Assembly: GCA_002937585.1 (NCBI GenBank)
Contig: PTKE01000003.1
Location: forward strand, 40 to 64,039
Direction: 5' to 3'
From: Alphaproteobacteria bacterium MarineAlpha9_Bin6
GTDB lineage: Bacteria; Pseudomonadota; Alphaproteobacteria; UBA7887
DNA: 64,000 nt
Shown: positions 31,619 to 40,089 of the stretch, piece by piece
Position numbering within the stretch: the stretch's first letter is position 1
How the letters are laid out: every line of letters starts with the position of its first letter
The notes under the pieces: generated by a model
The model's input: only the letters and a program-made list of their open reading frames with translations
What the model was told of the DNA's origin: nothing
Database searches by the model: none
Position numbers and translations under genes: made by a program

Positions 31619-32920
31619 ATGGTTGCAGATTTGAGTTTTGCCGCCGAAGAGTTGGGCATCAAATATTTTCTCATCAGCTTTACAGACGTTTTCGGTGTGG
31701 TCCGATCTAAACTCGTTCCGGCCCACGCTATTGCAGACATGGAGGGGTCCGGGGCCAGTTTTGCTGGCTTCGCTGCACACATGGATATGACCCCTGCGGA
31801 TCCCGATATGTTTTCCATTCCGGATCCAAACAGCCTGATCCAGCTTCCCTGGAAGCCCGAAGTGGGCTGGCTCGCGAGTGACCCTTACATGAATGGGGAA
31901 CCCGTAGGTCACGCGCCAAGAGTGGTTTTAAAGCGAGTTTTGGAACGCGCGCGCACTGCCGGATACTTCGTCAAGTCGGGAGTGGAAGCCGAATATTTCG
32001 TGATCCTGCCCGATGGGTCGGCAATCGCCGATAGCGCCGATATCCAACCGAAACCTTGTTACGATCAACAAGCCTTGATGCGGCGCTATGACTTGATTTC
32101 GGAAATCTGCGACTACATGCGGGAACTCGATTGGGGGCCGTACCAAAATGACCATGAAGATGCTAACGGCCAATTTGAAATGAACTGGGACTATTCGGAT
32201 GCACTACAGACGGCGGACCGACACACGTTTTTCAAGTACATGGTCAAGTCCATTGCCGAAAACCACGGTCTTAGAGCAACGTTTATGCCCAAACCCTTTC
32301 CACACCTGACCGGCAACGGATGTCATGTACATGCATCAGTATGGAATGATGGTGGGGAAAATCTGTTTCCTCACAAAGATGGTGAACTCGGGTTGTCGGA
32401 CACAGCGTACCATTTTATTGGTGGCGTCCTCGCTAATGCACCCGCGCTATCAGCTTTTACCAATCCTGTGGTGAACAGCTACAAACGCATTAATGCCCCT
32501 CCCACTCTATCTGGCGCGACTTGGTCGCCAAATACGATTACGTACGGCGGTAACAATCGAACGCACATGATACGAATTCCCGACGATCAACGTATCGAGA
32601 TCCGATTGGCTGACGGTGCGACCAATCCCTATTTAGTCCAGGCGGGGTATGCAGCGGCCGGAGTCGACGGAATACAGAATAGAATTGATCCAGGGAAACG
32701 ACTCGATACCAACATGTACACTAACAAGAGCATGCACGACGTTCCAAAACTTCCTGAAAACCTCCTCGATTCACTTCGTGCACTCGGCACAAATAAAATC
32801 CTCAGTGATTGGTTCGGTCCAGACTTTGTGGGCTCCTACATAAAACTAAAAAAAGAAGAATGGAACAGCTACACCCAACATTTTACGGAATGGGAAAGAA
32901 CTAACGCCCTCGATGTCTGA
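31619..32920 (+). CDS. gmaS: gamma-glutamylmethylamide synthetase (type III glutamine synthetase-like)
   Basis: GS catalytic-domain homolog of ~434 aa directly followed by mgsABC. Start chosen at the ATG preceded by a GGAGA RBS. Confidence 0.75.
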   Translation: MVADLSFAAEELGIKYFLISFTDVFGVVRSKLVPAHAIADMEGSGASFAGFAAHMDMTPADPDMFSIPDPNSLIQLPWKPEVGWLASDPYMNGEPVGHAPRVVLKRVLERARTAGYFVKSGVEAEYFVILPDGSAIADSADIQPKPCYDQQALMRRYDLISEICDYMRELDWGPYQNDHEDANGQFEMNWDYSDALQTADRHTFFKYMVKSIAENHGLRATFMPKPFPHLTGNGCHVHASVWNDGGENLFPHKDGELGLSDTAYHFIGGVLANAPALSAFTNPVVNSYKRINAPPTLSGATWSPNTITYGGNNRTHMIRIPDDQRIEIRLADGATNPYLVQAGYAAAGVDGIQNRIDPGKRLDTNMYTNKSMHDVPKLPENLLDSLRALGTNKILSDWFGPDFVGSYIKLKKEEWNSYTQHFTEWERTNALDV

Positions 32921-33048
32921 GCACTTTTAAAACTCGTGAATCCCATAATTGGCTCAGAAAAATGGAGTTGTTACAGGAACAAAATCTGTAAGTGGAACGG
33001 TTCGGAAAATTTCGGAATTTCATTTAAAAAGAACAAACGGGGTCGGAT

Positions 33049-33354
33049 ATGGTGAGCAGTGACGCGAAGATCTCCTGCAAAGGAGTCTGGAAACTCTTTG
33101 GGCAAGATGCTGGGCAATTTTTCAAACGCCACCACAGTGCCCCAAGCCTGGAATCGATGTCGGACAGCGGCTACATCCCTGCTGTGCAAAACGTCACTCT
33201 CGATGTTCAACTCGGTAAAATCCTAGTGGTAATGGGGCTTTCAGGCTCGGGCAAGACTACGTTGCTGCGCTGCCTTTCACGGCTCAGAGAACCGACTGGG
33301 ATCGGGAAACCTATTTGGATTACTTGCCGTAATATCGGTACGGCTTTGGAATAG
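33049..33354 (+). pseudogene. truncated remnant of a glycine betaine/proline ABC transporter ATP-binding protein (ProV/OpuAA N-terminus)
   Basis: 101 aa matching the ProV N-terminus through Walker A (ISCKGVWKLFG...ILVVMGLSGSGKTTLLRCLSRLREPT). It then diverges and stops; the rest of the ABC domain is missing. Confidence 0.55.
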
Positions 33355-33413
33355 TCTTGATACTGGCCTACGGGTCCAGTGGGAACGCAGCAAGAAGAAG
33401 GAGCCCTGTTTTC

Positions 33414-34349
33414 ATGTGCGGCATTGCTGGAATAATACACCGCGGCAAGAGCTCGAATGTTGGCTCAGAGATGACCGCAATGCTTCAGGCCCTTAAGCAC
33501 CGAGGGCCTGATTCCACCGGTTTTGCTATCTATGGAGAGACGAAACCAGGCGATTTCTTGATGCGTATCAAGGTCGCGGAGAAAGAGGACATGGATAAAG
33601 GCCATGGCATCCTGGATCGAATCAAGGAGCGTATCTCTGAGGTTGACAAGCGCCTACGCGCGCATGATGCGACGATCAAGGAGAGCGAGAATGCCACCGC
33701 CTACGCGTTGCGGTATGTCATCAGCCATGACGGAAATATAAAGGAAATGGCACAACACCTCGAAGAAATCGACGGGGTTGAAATATTATCGCTAGGGAAC
33801 CGGCTAGAGCTGATCAAAGATCTTGGGGATGCCGCTGCGGTTTCCGAAGCCTATGGCCTTGGTTCCTACGAGGGGACGCATGCTATTGGTCACGCTCGTA
33901 TGGCCACGGAGTCAGACGTCGACATCCGTTCTGCGCATCCCTATTGGGCTTTTCCTTACAACGATGTGTCGGTGGTCCACAATGGTCAGATTACCAACTA
34001 CTGGAGCATGAGGCGCGAGATGGAGCGACGCGGCCATCGTTTCACGTCGGATTGTGATTCGGAACTGCTTGCTGTGTTCACTGCTCACAATTTGGCGCAT
34101 GGAGTTAGCTTGGAGGAGAGCCTGCGTCGTTCGGTCCAGGAAATTGATGGAGTTTTCACGTATTTGGTGGCAACCGAAAACCAGCTCGGCATGGCGAAGG
34201 ACGCAATGGCCGCCAAGCCGCTCGTTCTCTACGAAAGTGATGAGCTGATTGCCATGGCCTCTGAGGAGGTTGCTATCCGTGCGATTCTCCCTCAAGAGAT
34301 TGACACCCATGATCCGTATGACGAGGAGGTCCGCGTATGGCAGGCGTAA
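33414..34349 (+). CDS. mgsA: N-methylglutamate synthase subunit A (class-II glutamine amidotransferase-like)
   Basis: Ntn amidotransferase with a Met-Cys start (MCGIAGI). AAGGAG RBS. Confidence 0.75.
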   Translation: MCGIAGIIHRGKSSNVGSEMTAMLQALKHRGPDSTGFAIYGETKPGDFLMRIKVAEKEDMDKGHGILDRIKERISEVDKRLRAHDATIKESENATAYALRYVISHDGNIKEMAQHLEEIDGVEILSLGNRLELIKDLGDAAAVSEAYGLGSYEGTHAIGHARMATESDVDIRSAHPYWAFPYNDVSVVHNGQITNYWSMRREMERRGHRFTSDCDSELLAVFTAHNLAHGVSLEESLRRSVQEIDGVFTYLVATENQLGMAKDAMAAKPLVLYESDELIAMASEEVAIRAILPQEIDTHDPYDEEVRVWQA

Positions 34350-35206
34350 GCGATTCACAGCTCAAGAAGATGACGCAGGAGGAGCGTGTCAAGGCTCTGG
34401 GTATGGCGACAGAGCAGCTCTCTGGTCGTTCACTTTTCATCGAGTTCAACGCCGATGAGGAAGATCGCTTCACCTATCCCTGGGCGCCCGAGGTCGATTT
34501 TAATAAGAGGATCGAAATTAACGCTGACAACATGGCGTCGACGGCACTTAACGAAAAAATGCGGGAACTTATGACAGAGGGTTATGGATCTATTGTCATC
34601 AAGAATCCACGCGGCAAACATTCTCTGGGCGTGGGGATTCTCAACAGACTAAACCTAATTTTCGAGGGTTCACTTGGCTACTTCGCTGTGGGCCTTATTG
34701 ATGGGCCAAATGTGCGGATCAAGGGTCGTGTTGGCTGGTCCTGTGCCGAAAACATGATGTCGGGTACGGTGGTGATTGAAAAAAATGCTGGTTCCACTTT
34801 TGGTGCGGCACTACGCGGCGGCGACTTGGTGTGCGGTGGGTCCGTGGGATCGCGAACCGGCATCGACATGAAGGGCGGAACAATCATTGTCGGTGGTGAT
34901 GCCGGGGCGCTAACGGGCTTCATGATGCAGCGTGGACGAGTGATTATTTGTGGCAACGCGGGCAAGAACCTCGGGGACTCGATGTATGATGGCACGATTT
35001 ATGTGGGCGGCGAGATTCGCTCGCTCGGTGTCGATGCGGTGCCGGGAGAATTCACCGATCTTGAACATTCCTGGCTTTCTCGGAAGCTCCGGCAATTTGA
35101 ACTCCTGCCGGAGAAGGGAGTAGATCATTTTACCAAGATTATCGCCGGCAAACAGTTGTGGAACTATGACAATCTCGAGCCGACCGAAAAGAAGCTCATT
35201 TTATAA
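34337..35206 (+). CDS. mgsB: N-methylglutamate synthase subunit B (GXGXG domain, GltB C-terminal-like)
   Basis: 289 aa with repeated GxGxG motifs. Confidence 0.75.
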   Translation: MAGVSDSQLKKMTQEERVKALGMATEQLSGRSLFIEFNADEEDRFTYPWAPEVDFNKRIEINADNMASTALNEKMRELMTEGYGSIVIKNPRGKHSLGVGILNRLNLIFEGSLGYFAVGLIDGPNVRIKGRVGWSCAENMMSGTVVIEKNAGSTFGAALRGGDLVCGGSVGSRTGIDMKGGTIIVGGDAGALTGFMMQRGRVIICGNAGKNLGDSMYDGTIYVGGEIRSLGVDAVPGEFTDLEHSWLSRKLRQFELLPEKGVDHFTKIIAGKQLWNYDNLEPTEKKLIL

Positions 35207-35218
35207 GACAAAGGAAGG

Positions 35219-36583
35219 GTGAGAAAGATGAATACATCACGGAAGAATGCGCTTAACCGTGACGTCCACCGGTTGGGGAATTCATCCATTTTTCCGCCGC
35301 ATGTAATTGACGATATCCACATTAAGTCGGAACTTGGCCGCTACCGGATGCGCGGCTTCTCAGTCTTCAAAAAGATCCCTCACTGGGATGACCTGACGTT
35401 CCTGCCTGGCACGCTGACACGCTTTGTGATTGAAGGCTACCGAGAGAAATGCGTTACAAAAACGATCATTGGTCCTCGTGCAAAACGTCCGCTGGAGCTT
35501 GAAATTCCTGTCTATGTGACGGGCATGAGTTTTGGCGCACTTTCCTATGAGGCAAAAACTGCGCTGGCCCGTGGTGCTACCATGGCGGGCACAGCCACCT
35601 GTTCCGGCGAAGGGGGTATGATTCCCGATGAGCGGCGCTACTCGTCCAAGTGGTTCTATCAGTGCATACAGTCTCGTTATGGTTTCAACCCGCACCATCT
35701 GGTTTTGGCCGATGGCTGCGAATTTTTTATCGGTCAGGGTTCTAAGGTTGGTCTTGGCGGTCACCTGATGGGTCAGAAAGTGACTGACCAGATTGCTGAG
35801 ATGCGTTCGTTACCCGCGGGTATTGACCAGCGTTCACCCGCTCGCCATCCGGACTGGCTAGGACCAGACGATCTCGCACTGAAGATCCAGGAAATTAGAG
35901 AAGTGACTGACTGGCAAATCCCAATCCAGCTGAAACTCGGCGCTGCGAGGGTCTATGACGACGTTCGCATGGCGGTGAAGTGTGATCCAGACTCGATCTA
36001 TATGGACGGGATGGAAGGCGGCACTGGCGCTGGGCCGCATCTTGCGACCGAAGATACGGGCATTCCCGGCATCGCCGCAATTCGCCAGGCTCGTAGGGCG
36101 ATTGACGATCTTGGAAAAAGGGGCGAAATCACTCTCGTCTACGCCGGGGGAATACGCAACGGAGCAGATGTGGCAAAAGCCATCGCGCTTGGCGCTGATG
36201 CGATCGCGGTGGGGCACTCGGCTTTAATGGCCCTAAATTGTAACAAAGATATCCCGGAAGCCAATTACCAAGAGGAAATGGGTGTCGACCCTGGTTATTG
36301 CTATCATTGCCATACCGGTCGCTGTCCAGTGGGCGTGGCAACGCAGGATCCGACGTTGCGGGCACGACTCGATCCGGATGAAGCCGCTGAGCGGGTCTAC
36401 AATTTTTTGCATACGCTCACTATCGAAGCGCAGCTCTTCGCCCGCGCCTGCGGCAAGACTAATTTGCACAATTTGGAGCCTGAAGACCTGGCTGCACTGA
36501 CGATGGAAGCCTCCGCCATGGCGGGCGTTCCCCTTGCCGGAACGGACTATACGGTTGGTGTGGAAGACTACCATCATCTCTAA
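35219..36583 (+). CDS. mgsC: N-methylglutamate synthase subunit C (glutamate synthase FMN-binding domain)
   Basis: 454 aa homolog of the GltS FMN domain. Confidence 0.75.
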   Translation: MRKMNTSRKNALNRDVHRLGNSSIFPPHVIDDIHIKSELGRYRMRGFSVFKKIPHWDDLTFLPGTLTRFVIEGYREKCVTKTIIGPRAKRPLELEIPVYVTGMSFGALSYEAKTALARGATMAGTATCSGEGGMIPDERRYSSKWFYQCIQSRYGFNPHHLVLADGCEFFIGQGSKVGLGGHLMGQKVTDQIAEMRSLPAGIDQRSPARHPDWLGPDDLALKIQEIREVTDWQIPIQLKLGAARVYDDVRMAVKCDPDSIYMDGMEGGTGAGPHLATEDTGIPGIAAIRQARRAIDDLGKRGEITLVYAGGIRNGADVAKAIALGADAIAVGHSALMALNCNKDIPEANYQEEMGVDPGYCYHCHTGRCPVGVATQDPTLRARLDPDEAAERVYNFLHTLTIEAQLFARACGKTNLHNLEPEDLAALTMEASAMAGVPLAGTDYTVGVEDYHHL

Positions 36584-36594
36584 AGGAGGAACCT

Positions 36595-37008
36595 ATGGCA
36601 GGAACAAGATACAAAGGTTCCGAGCTTAAGGATGTTGATCAGTTTTTAGAGGATTCTGCGGGCCTTGAGAGCGATCGCGAGCACGAAATTGGTCAGCATA
36701 TAGGTTATCGCTACGATGTTAACTTATTGCCTGACTATGACCGGCTCACCCCTTTTCTGAATGAGTACATGGAGGTGATGGGTTGGGATGACCTCAATTG
36801 GTTGGAGGATGTCCATATGGGTTACGAGGATGGCCACGCCGCTGTCTTTGACCGCAATATTAATGGCTGGGTGCGAGTCCCCGACACGATTGAGCTTCCA
36901 GAGAATGAGCAAGACCGGCACATGATTGCACGGGAGCTGCTGATCAAATTTCAGATGTCCGACCGAAACCCGTTGACAGTCCTACGCAAAGCCTACGGAA
37001 AGTTCTGA
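36595..37008 (+). CDS. hypothetical acidic protein, translationally coupled to mgsC and the downstream hydrolase
   Basis: 137 aa with no recognisable motif. There is an 11-nt gap after mgsC, and it ends 3 nt before the next gene. Confidence 0.5.
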   Translation: MAGTRYKGSELKDVDQFLEDSAGLESDREHEIGQHIGYRYDVNLLPDYDRLTPFLNEYMEVMGWDDLNWLEDVHMGYEDGHAAVFDRNINGWVRVPDTIELPENEQDRHMIARELLIKFQMSDRNPLTVLRKAYGKF

Positions 37009-37011
37009 ACT

Positions 37012-37860
37012 ATGGCGCGACCGATGAATATTGCGTGCTTGCAAACACGGCCTAGACCGGATTTCGAATCTGCCCTGGAAGAAGCACTCACGCTCTCAGA
37101 GAAGGCAGTCGGTCAGGGTGCAGAACTTGTTGCGTTGCCGGAATATTGCGGCGGGCTTAAGACGGAAGGTGCAATGTTTGCACCTCCGGCCGCACCGGAA
37201 GAGGAGCACCCAGTGCTGAAAGGTCTCACGGAATTCGCGAAGGCGCAAAAAGTTTGGGTGATCATTGGGTCAGTTGCGGTCCCGGGATTGGGTGGAAAGA
37301 TCCGGAATCGAGGCTTCGTTGTAGATAGCAAAGGGTGTATTCAAGGCCGGTACGACAAAATCCACCTTTTCGACATAGAATTGTCCGAAGCTGAGATCTA
37401 TCGAGAGAGTGCGCTTGTGTCGGGAGGCGAAAAAGCGTCCGTGTTAGACGCGCCATTTGCACGCATTGGGCATACGATCTGTTACGATCTTCGTTTCCCT
37501 GGCCTTTATCGCAATCTTGCACAGGCCGGAGCGGAAATTCTTGTGGTGCCGGCGGCTTTTACGAAACAGACAGGACAGGCGCATTGGCACGTTCTCAACC
37601 GAGCTCGGGCTATTGAAAATGGCGCCTTTGTGGTAGCACCGTGCGCCATTGGTTTGGTTGAGGGCGGAGGGGAAAGTTACGGACATTCTCTCGTAGTTAA
37701 TCCTTGGGGCGAGGTTTTAGCAGACGGTGGGGAACTGCCCGGCGTTGTCCAGACAACGATCGACCTCGATCAAGTCGCCATTGCGCGACGTAAGATACCC
37801 AGCCTAACCCATGACCGGCCTTATGATTTGGTTCATGAACCAAAACCTCATTCGGCATGA
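37012..37860 (+). CDS. carbon-nitrogen hydrolase (nitrilase superfamily amidase)
   Basis: 282 aa. The Glu-Lys-Cys triad context is LPEY / KIHLFD / ICYDLRFP. Confidence 0.75.
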   Translation: MARPMNIACLQTRPRPDFESALEEALTLSEKAVGQGAELVALPEYCGGLKTEGAMFAPPAAPEEEHPVLKGLTEFAKAQKVWVIIGSVAVPGLGGKIRNRGFVVDSKGCIQGRYDKIHLFDIELSEAEIYRESALVSGGEKASVLDAPFARIGHTICYDLRFPGLYRNLAQAGAEILVVPAAFTKQTGQAHWHVLNRARAIENGAFVVAPCAIGLVEGGGESYGHSLVVNPWGEVLADGGELPGVVQTTIDLDQVAIARRKIPSLTHDRPYDLVHEPKPHSA

Positions 37861-38444
37861 GCGTAGTACTGCGAAGTCTAGACAGCGGGGTAAAGGCTGA
37901 TTCTCTGAGGAGTGCTTTCTTGTTCTGGCAATGCAGGGTCCGGCAGATCGCCATGCGCGAGAATAAGGGGCGTCCAGACAGCGCAATCATTGCCGCATTG
38001 ACACTCTCAGGTGAGACCCAACCGATGGGCCATGTGATCACTGTGTTGTCAAAAGCACCTGCATATTCAAAGACGCCGGAAATGAAGCACATTGTTGCGA
38101 GTACGCGTGACCCGGCGCAACGTCGCGAGAAAGCTCTCGAGCTTTTCTCTGAAACCTACTACCAAATCGCACGGGAATTTTCGGATATACTCACTGCCAC
38201 CTTCCCACCAAGCTCTCCGGGAAGTGCAGCAATTTGTGTAGCCGAAAACTGCACGTTAACCTTCGAGAGTTATGGTCAGCGGTTCGATCTTTATTGCAAA
38301 GTTTCAGCGTTGTCCGAGGAGGATCCGCTATTTCAGACCAGCTGGTTTCACAACCTTCTTTTTAACCCGAATCTGCACCCTAAGGCAGTGATTCTCTGTT
38401 TCGAGCCCGACTGGGACTGTAGCAGTGCGGAATCGGCCATCTGA
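37857..38444 (+). CDS. hypothetical protein
   Basis: 195 aa. Its start overlaps the hydrolase stop (ATGA). No recognisable family. Confidence 0.4.
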   Translation: MSVVLRSLDSGVKADSLRSAFLFWQCRVRQIAMRENKGRPDSAIIAALTLSGETQPMGHVITVLSKAPAYSKTPEMKHIVASTRDPAQRREKALELFSETYYQIAREFSDILTATFPPSSPGSAAICVAENCTLTFESYGQRFDLYCKVSALSEEDPLFQTSWFHNLLFNPNLHPKAVILCFEPDWDCSSAESAI

Positions 38445-38595
38445 GATATTGGGAAGTGCGGCCCTGTTAGATTGAGCGGTAATCTTTGGTCTTGATTCCT
38501 CGGCGCGAGGGAACTTGTCGGTGGTCCTTATGTGACGATTGATAAAGTGCGAGTCGTAAATTTTCAGAATTGAAGCCTGACGGAACGGAATACAA

Positions 38596-39153
38596 GTGCG
38601 CAAATTGTCTCATGACTTCGTCCTTTCTAGCGAGACAAAATTGGATCACTCTGCGAAGAGAGGCGTAGCCGATAGGCCGCAAAGGCGACTGGGATCGATC
38701 AATATAGCGCAAATTCTTCGACGAGAGATTGATAGAGAAGTGCTAGAGCCCCGTAGTCGTGTGCCACCCGGACGGGTGCTCGCAAAAAACTACGGCGTGG
38801 CGCGGGGCACAATACGCGAAGCGCTTAACCAGCTTGCCAACGAAGACCTAGTGGAAATCCGACCGGGAAGCGGCACCTATGTCACTTCCGAAAAAGCAGA
38901 AAAATTAAGCCCTATAATCGAAGAAGCAAGTCCACTGGAGCTGATCGATGCCCGTTTTGCACTGGAGCCACACATGTGCCGCCTCGCCGTATTACACGCC
39001 CGGCAACAGGACTTAAACCTGGGAGACAAACTCCTGGCGACGATGGAGGCACATCTATCCGATCCAATCGCCTTTTCCATTGCCGATACCGCGTTTCACA
39101 CTCTACTTGCCAAGACGACACAAAACCGACTCTTGATATGGGTGATTTCCTAG
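38596..39153 (+). CDS. GntR-family (FadR/FCD subfamily) transcriptional regulator; the reading frame continues past an in-frame TAG to 39354
   Basis: A winged HTH (YGVARGTIREALNQLANEDLVEIRPGSGTYV) plus an FCD domain. After TAG at 39151-39153 the same frame encodes the remainder of the FCD domain (...RMRRITLNRTTIARYTKQHRQILEAIRSRAPEQAATLMKEHLETARLSL). Confidence 0.6.
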   Translation: MRKLSHDFVLSSETKLDHSAKRGVADRPQRRLGSINIAQILRREIDREVLEPRSRVPPGRVLAKNYGVARGTIREALNQLANEDLVEIRPGSGTYVTSEKAEKLSPIIEEASPLELIDARFALEPHMCRLAVLHARQQDLNLGDKLLATMEAHLSDPIAFSIADTAFHTLLAKTTQNRLLIWVIS

Positions 39154-39350
39154 ATCAATTCAGTCCGCAATCAAGACCAATGGTCACGCATGCGCCGCAT
39201 CACTCTCAACAGGACTACAATTGCACGCTACACCAAGCAGCACAGGCAGATCTTGGAGGCAATCCGCTCACGTGCGCCGGAACAAGCCGCTACCCTGATG
39301 AAGGAACATTTGGAAACCGCTCGCTTGTCTCTGACACGTGCGGCGTCGAC

Positions 39351-40070
39351 CTAAATTTTCGCTGAGGTGTGGAACCAGTTGATATAAAACCGTTCAGCCA
39401 TCTGTTTGAAGCAACCCGCCTGAGCATCGCAGGCCGCTTTTAGCATTGGTGCGCCGTTTACCCCCAATACCGAAGCAAGTGCCTCTGAGTACGACGGCAC
39501 CGCAAGCCAGTTGTCGACAGTATCGTGCTCTACCTCCAAATGGAACTGCATGGAGTAGGCCCGTGGCCCCCAGCTCATAGCCTGGATAGCACAATCGGAT
39601 GACGTTGCAAGACATTGTGCACCAGCCGGCATCCGCTTGACCTCTGCGGTGTGCCACTGAAGGCAATTAAAGGTTTCGGGCAGACCATCAAATAAGATCC
39701 CCGTGGACCCCTCTTCAGTCAATTTGACCTTCAGAACGCCGATTTCCGCATATTCGGATTTACCGCACTGTCCGCCCAGAGCTTCGGCCAGCAGCTGGTG
39801 ACCAAGACACAAACCCAAAAAAGGCATACCCCGCCTCTCGACAGCTTCTTGGATCAGTTTTTTTTCGTCCCGCAACCATGGATACGTGTTCTCCTCCCAT
39901 ACATCCATAGGTCCGCCCATGACCCAAAGCGCATCAAACCCATCGAGTGACGGGGGGGTGTCCCCGTCATTGAGGTGAATGGGGAGCCATTCATGTCCGT
40001 CCTCATTCAGAAACGTGCGAAATGCACCCGGGTGCTCAACACGTTCGTGTTGAAGAACAAGGATTTTCAT
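39351..40070 (-). CDS. class-I glutamine amidotransferase-like hydrolase (peptidase C26 / PuuD-like candidate gamma-glutamyl-amide hydrolase)
   Basis: 239 aa. Nucleophile elbow GLCLGHQ and a downstream His. Standalone, with no synthase domain. Confidence 0.7.
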   Translation of the reverse strand: MKILVLQHERVEHPGAFRTFLNEDGHEWLPIHLNDGDTPPSLDGFDALWVMGGPMDVWEENTYPWLRDEKKLIQEAVERRGMPFLGLCLGHQLLAEALGGQCGKSEYAEIGVLKVKLTEEGSTGILFDGLPETFNCLQWHTAEVKRMPAGAQCLATSSDCAIQAMSWGPRAYSMQFHLEVEHDTVDNWLAVPSYSEALASVLGVNGAPMLKAACDAQAGCFKQMAERFYINWFHTSAKI

Positions 40071-40089
40071 TTTCCTGCCCTCACATCTA

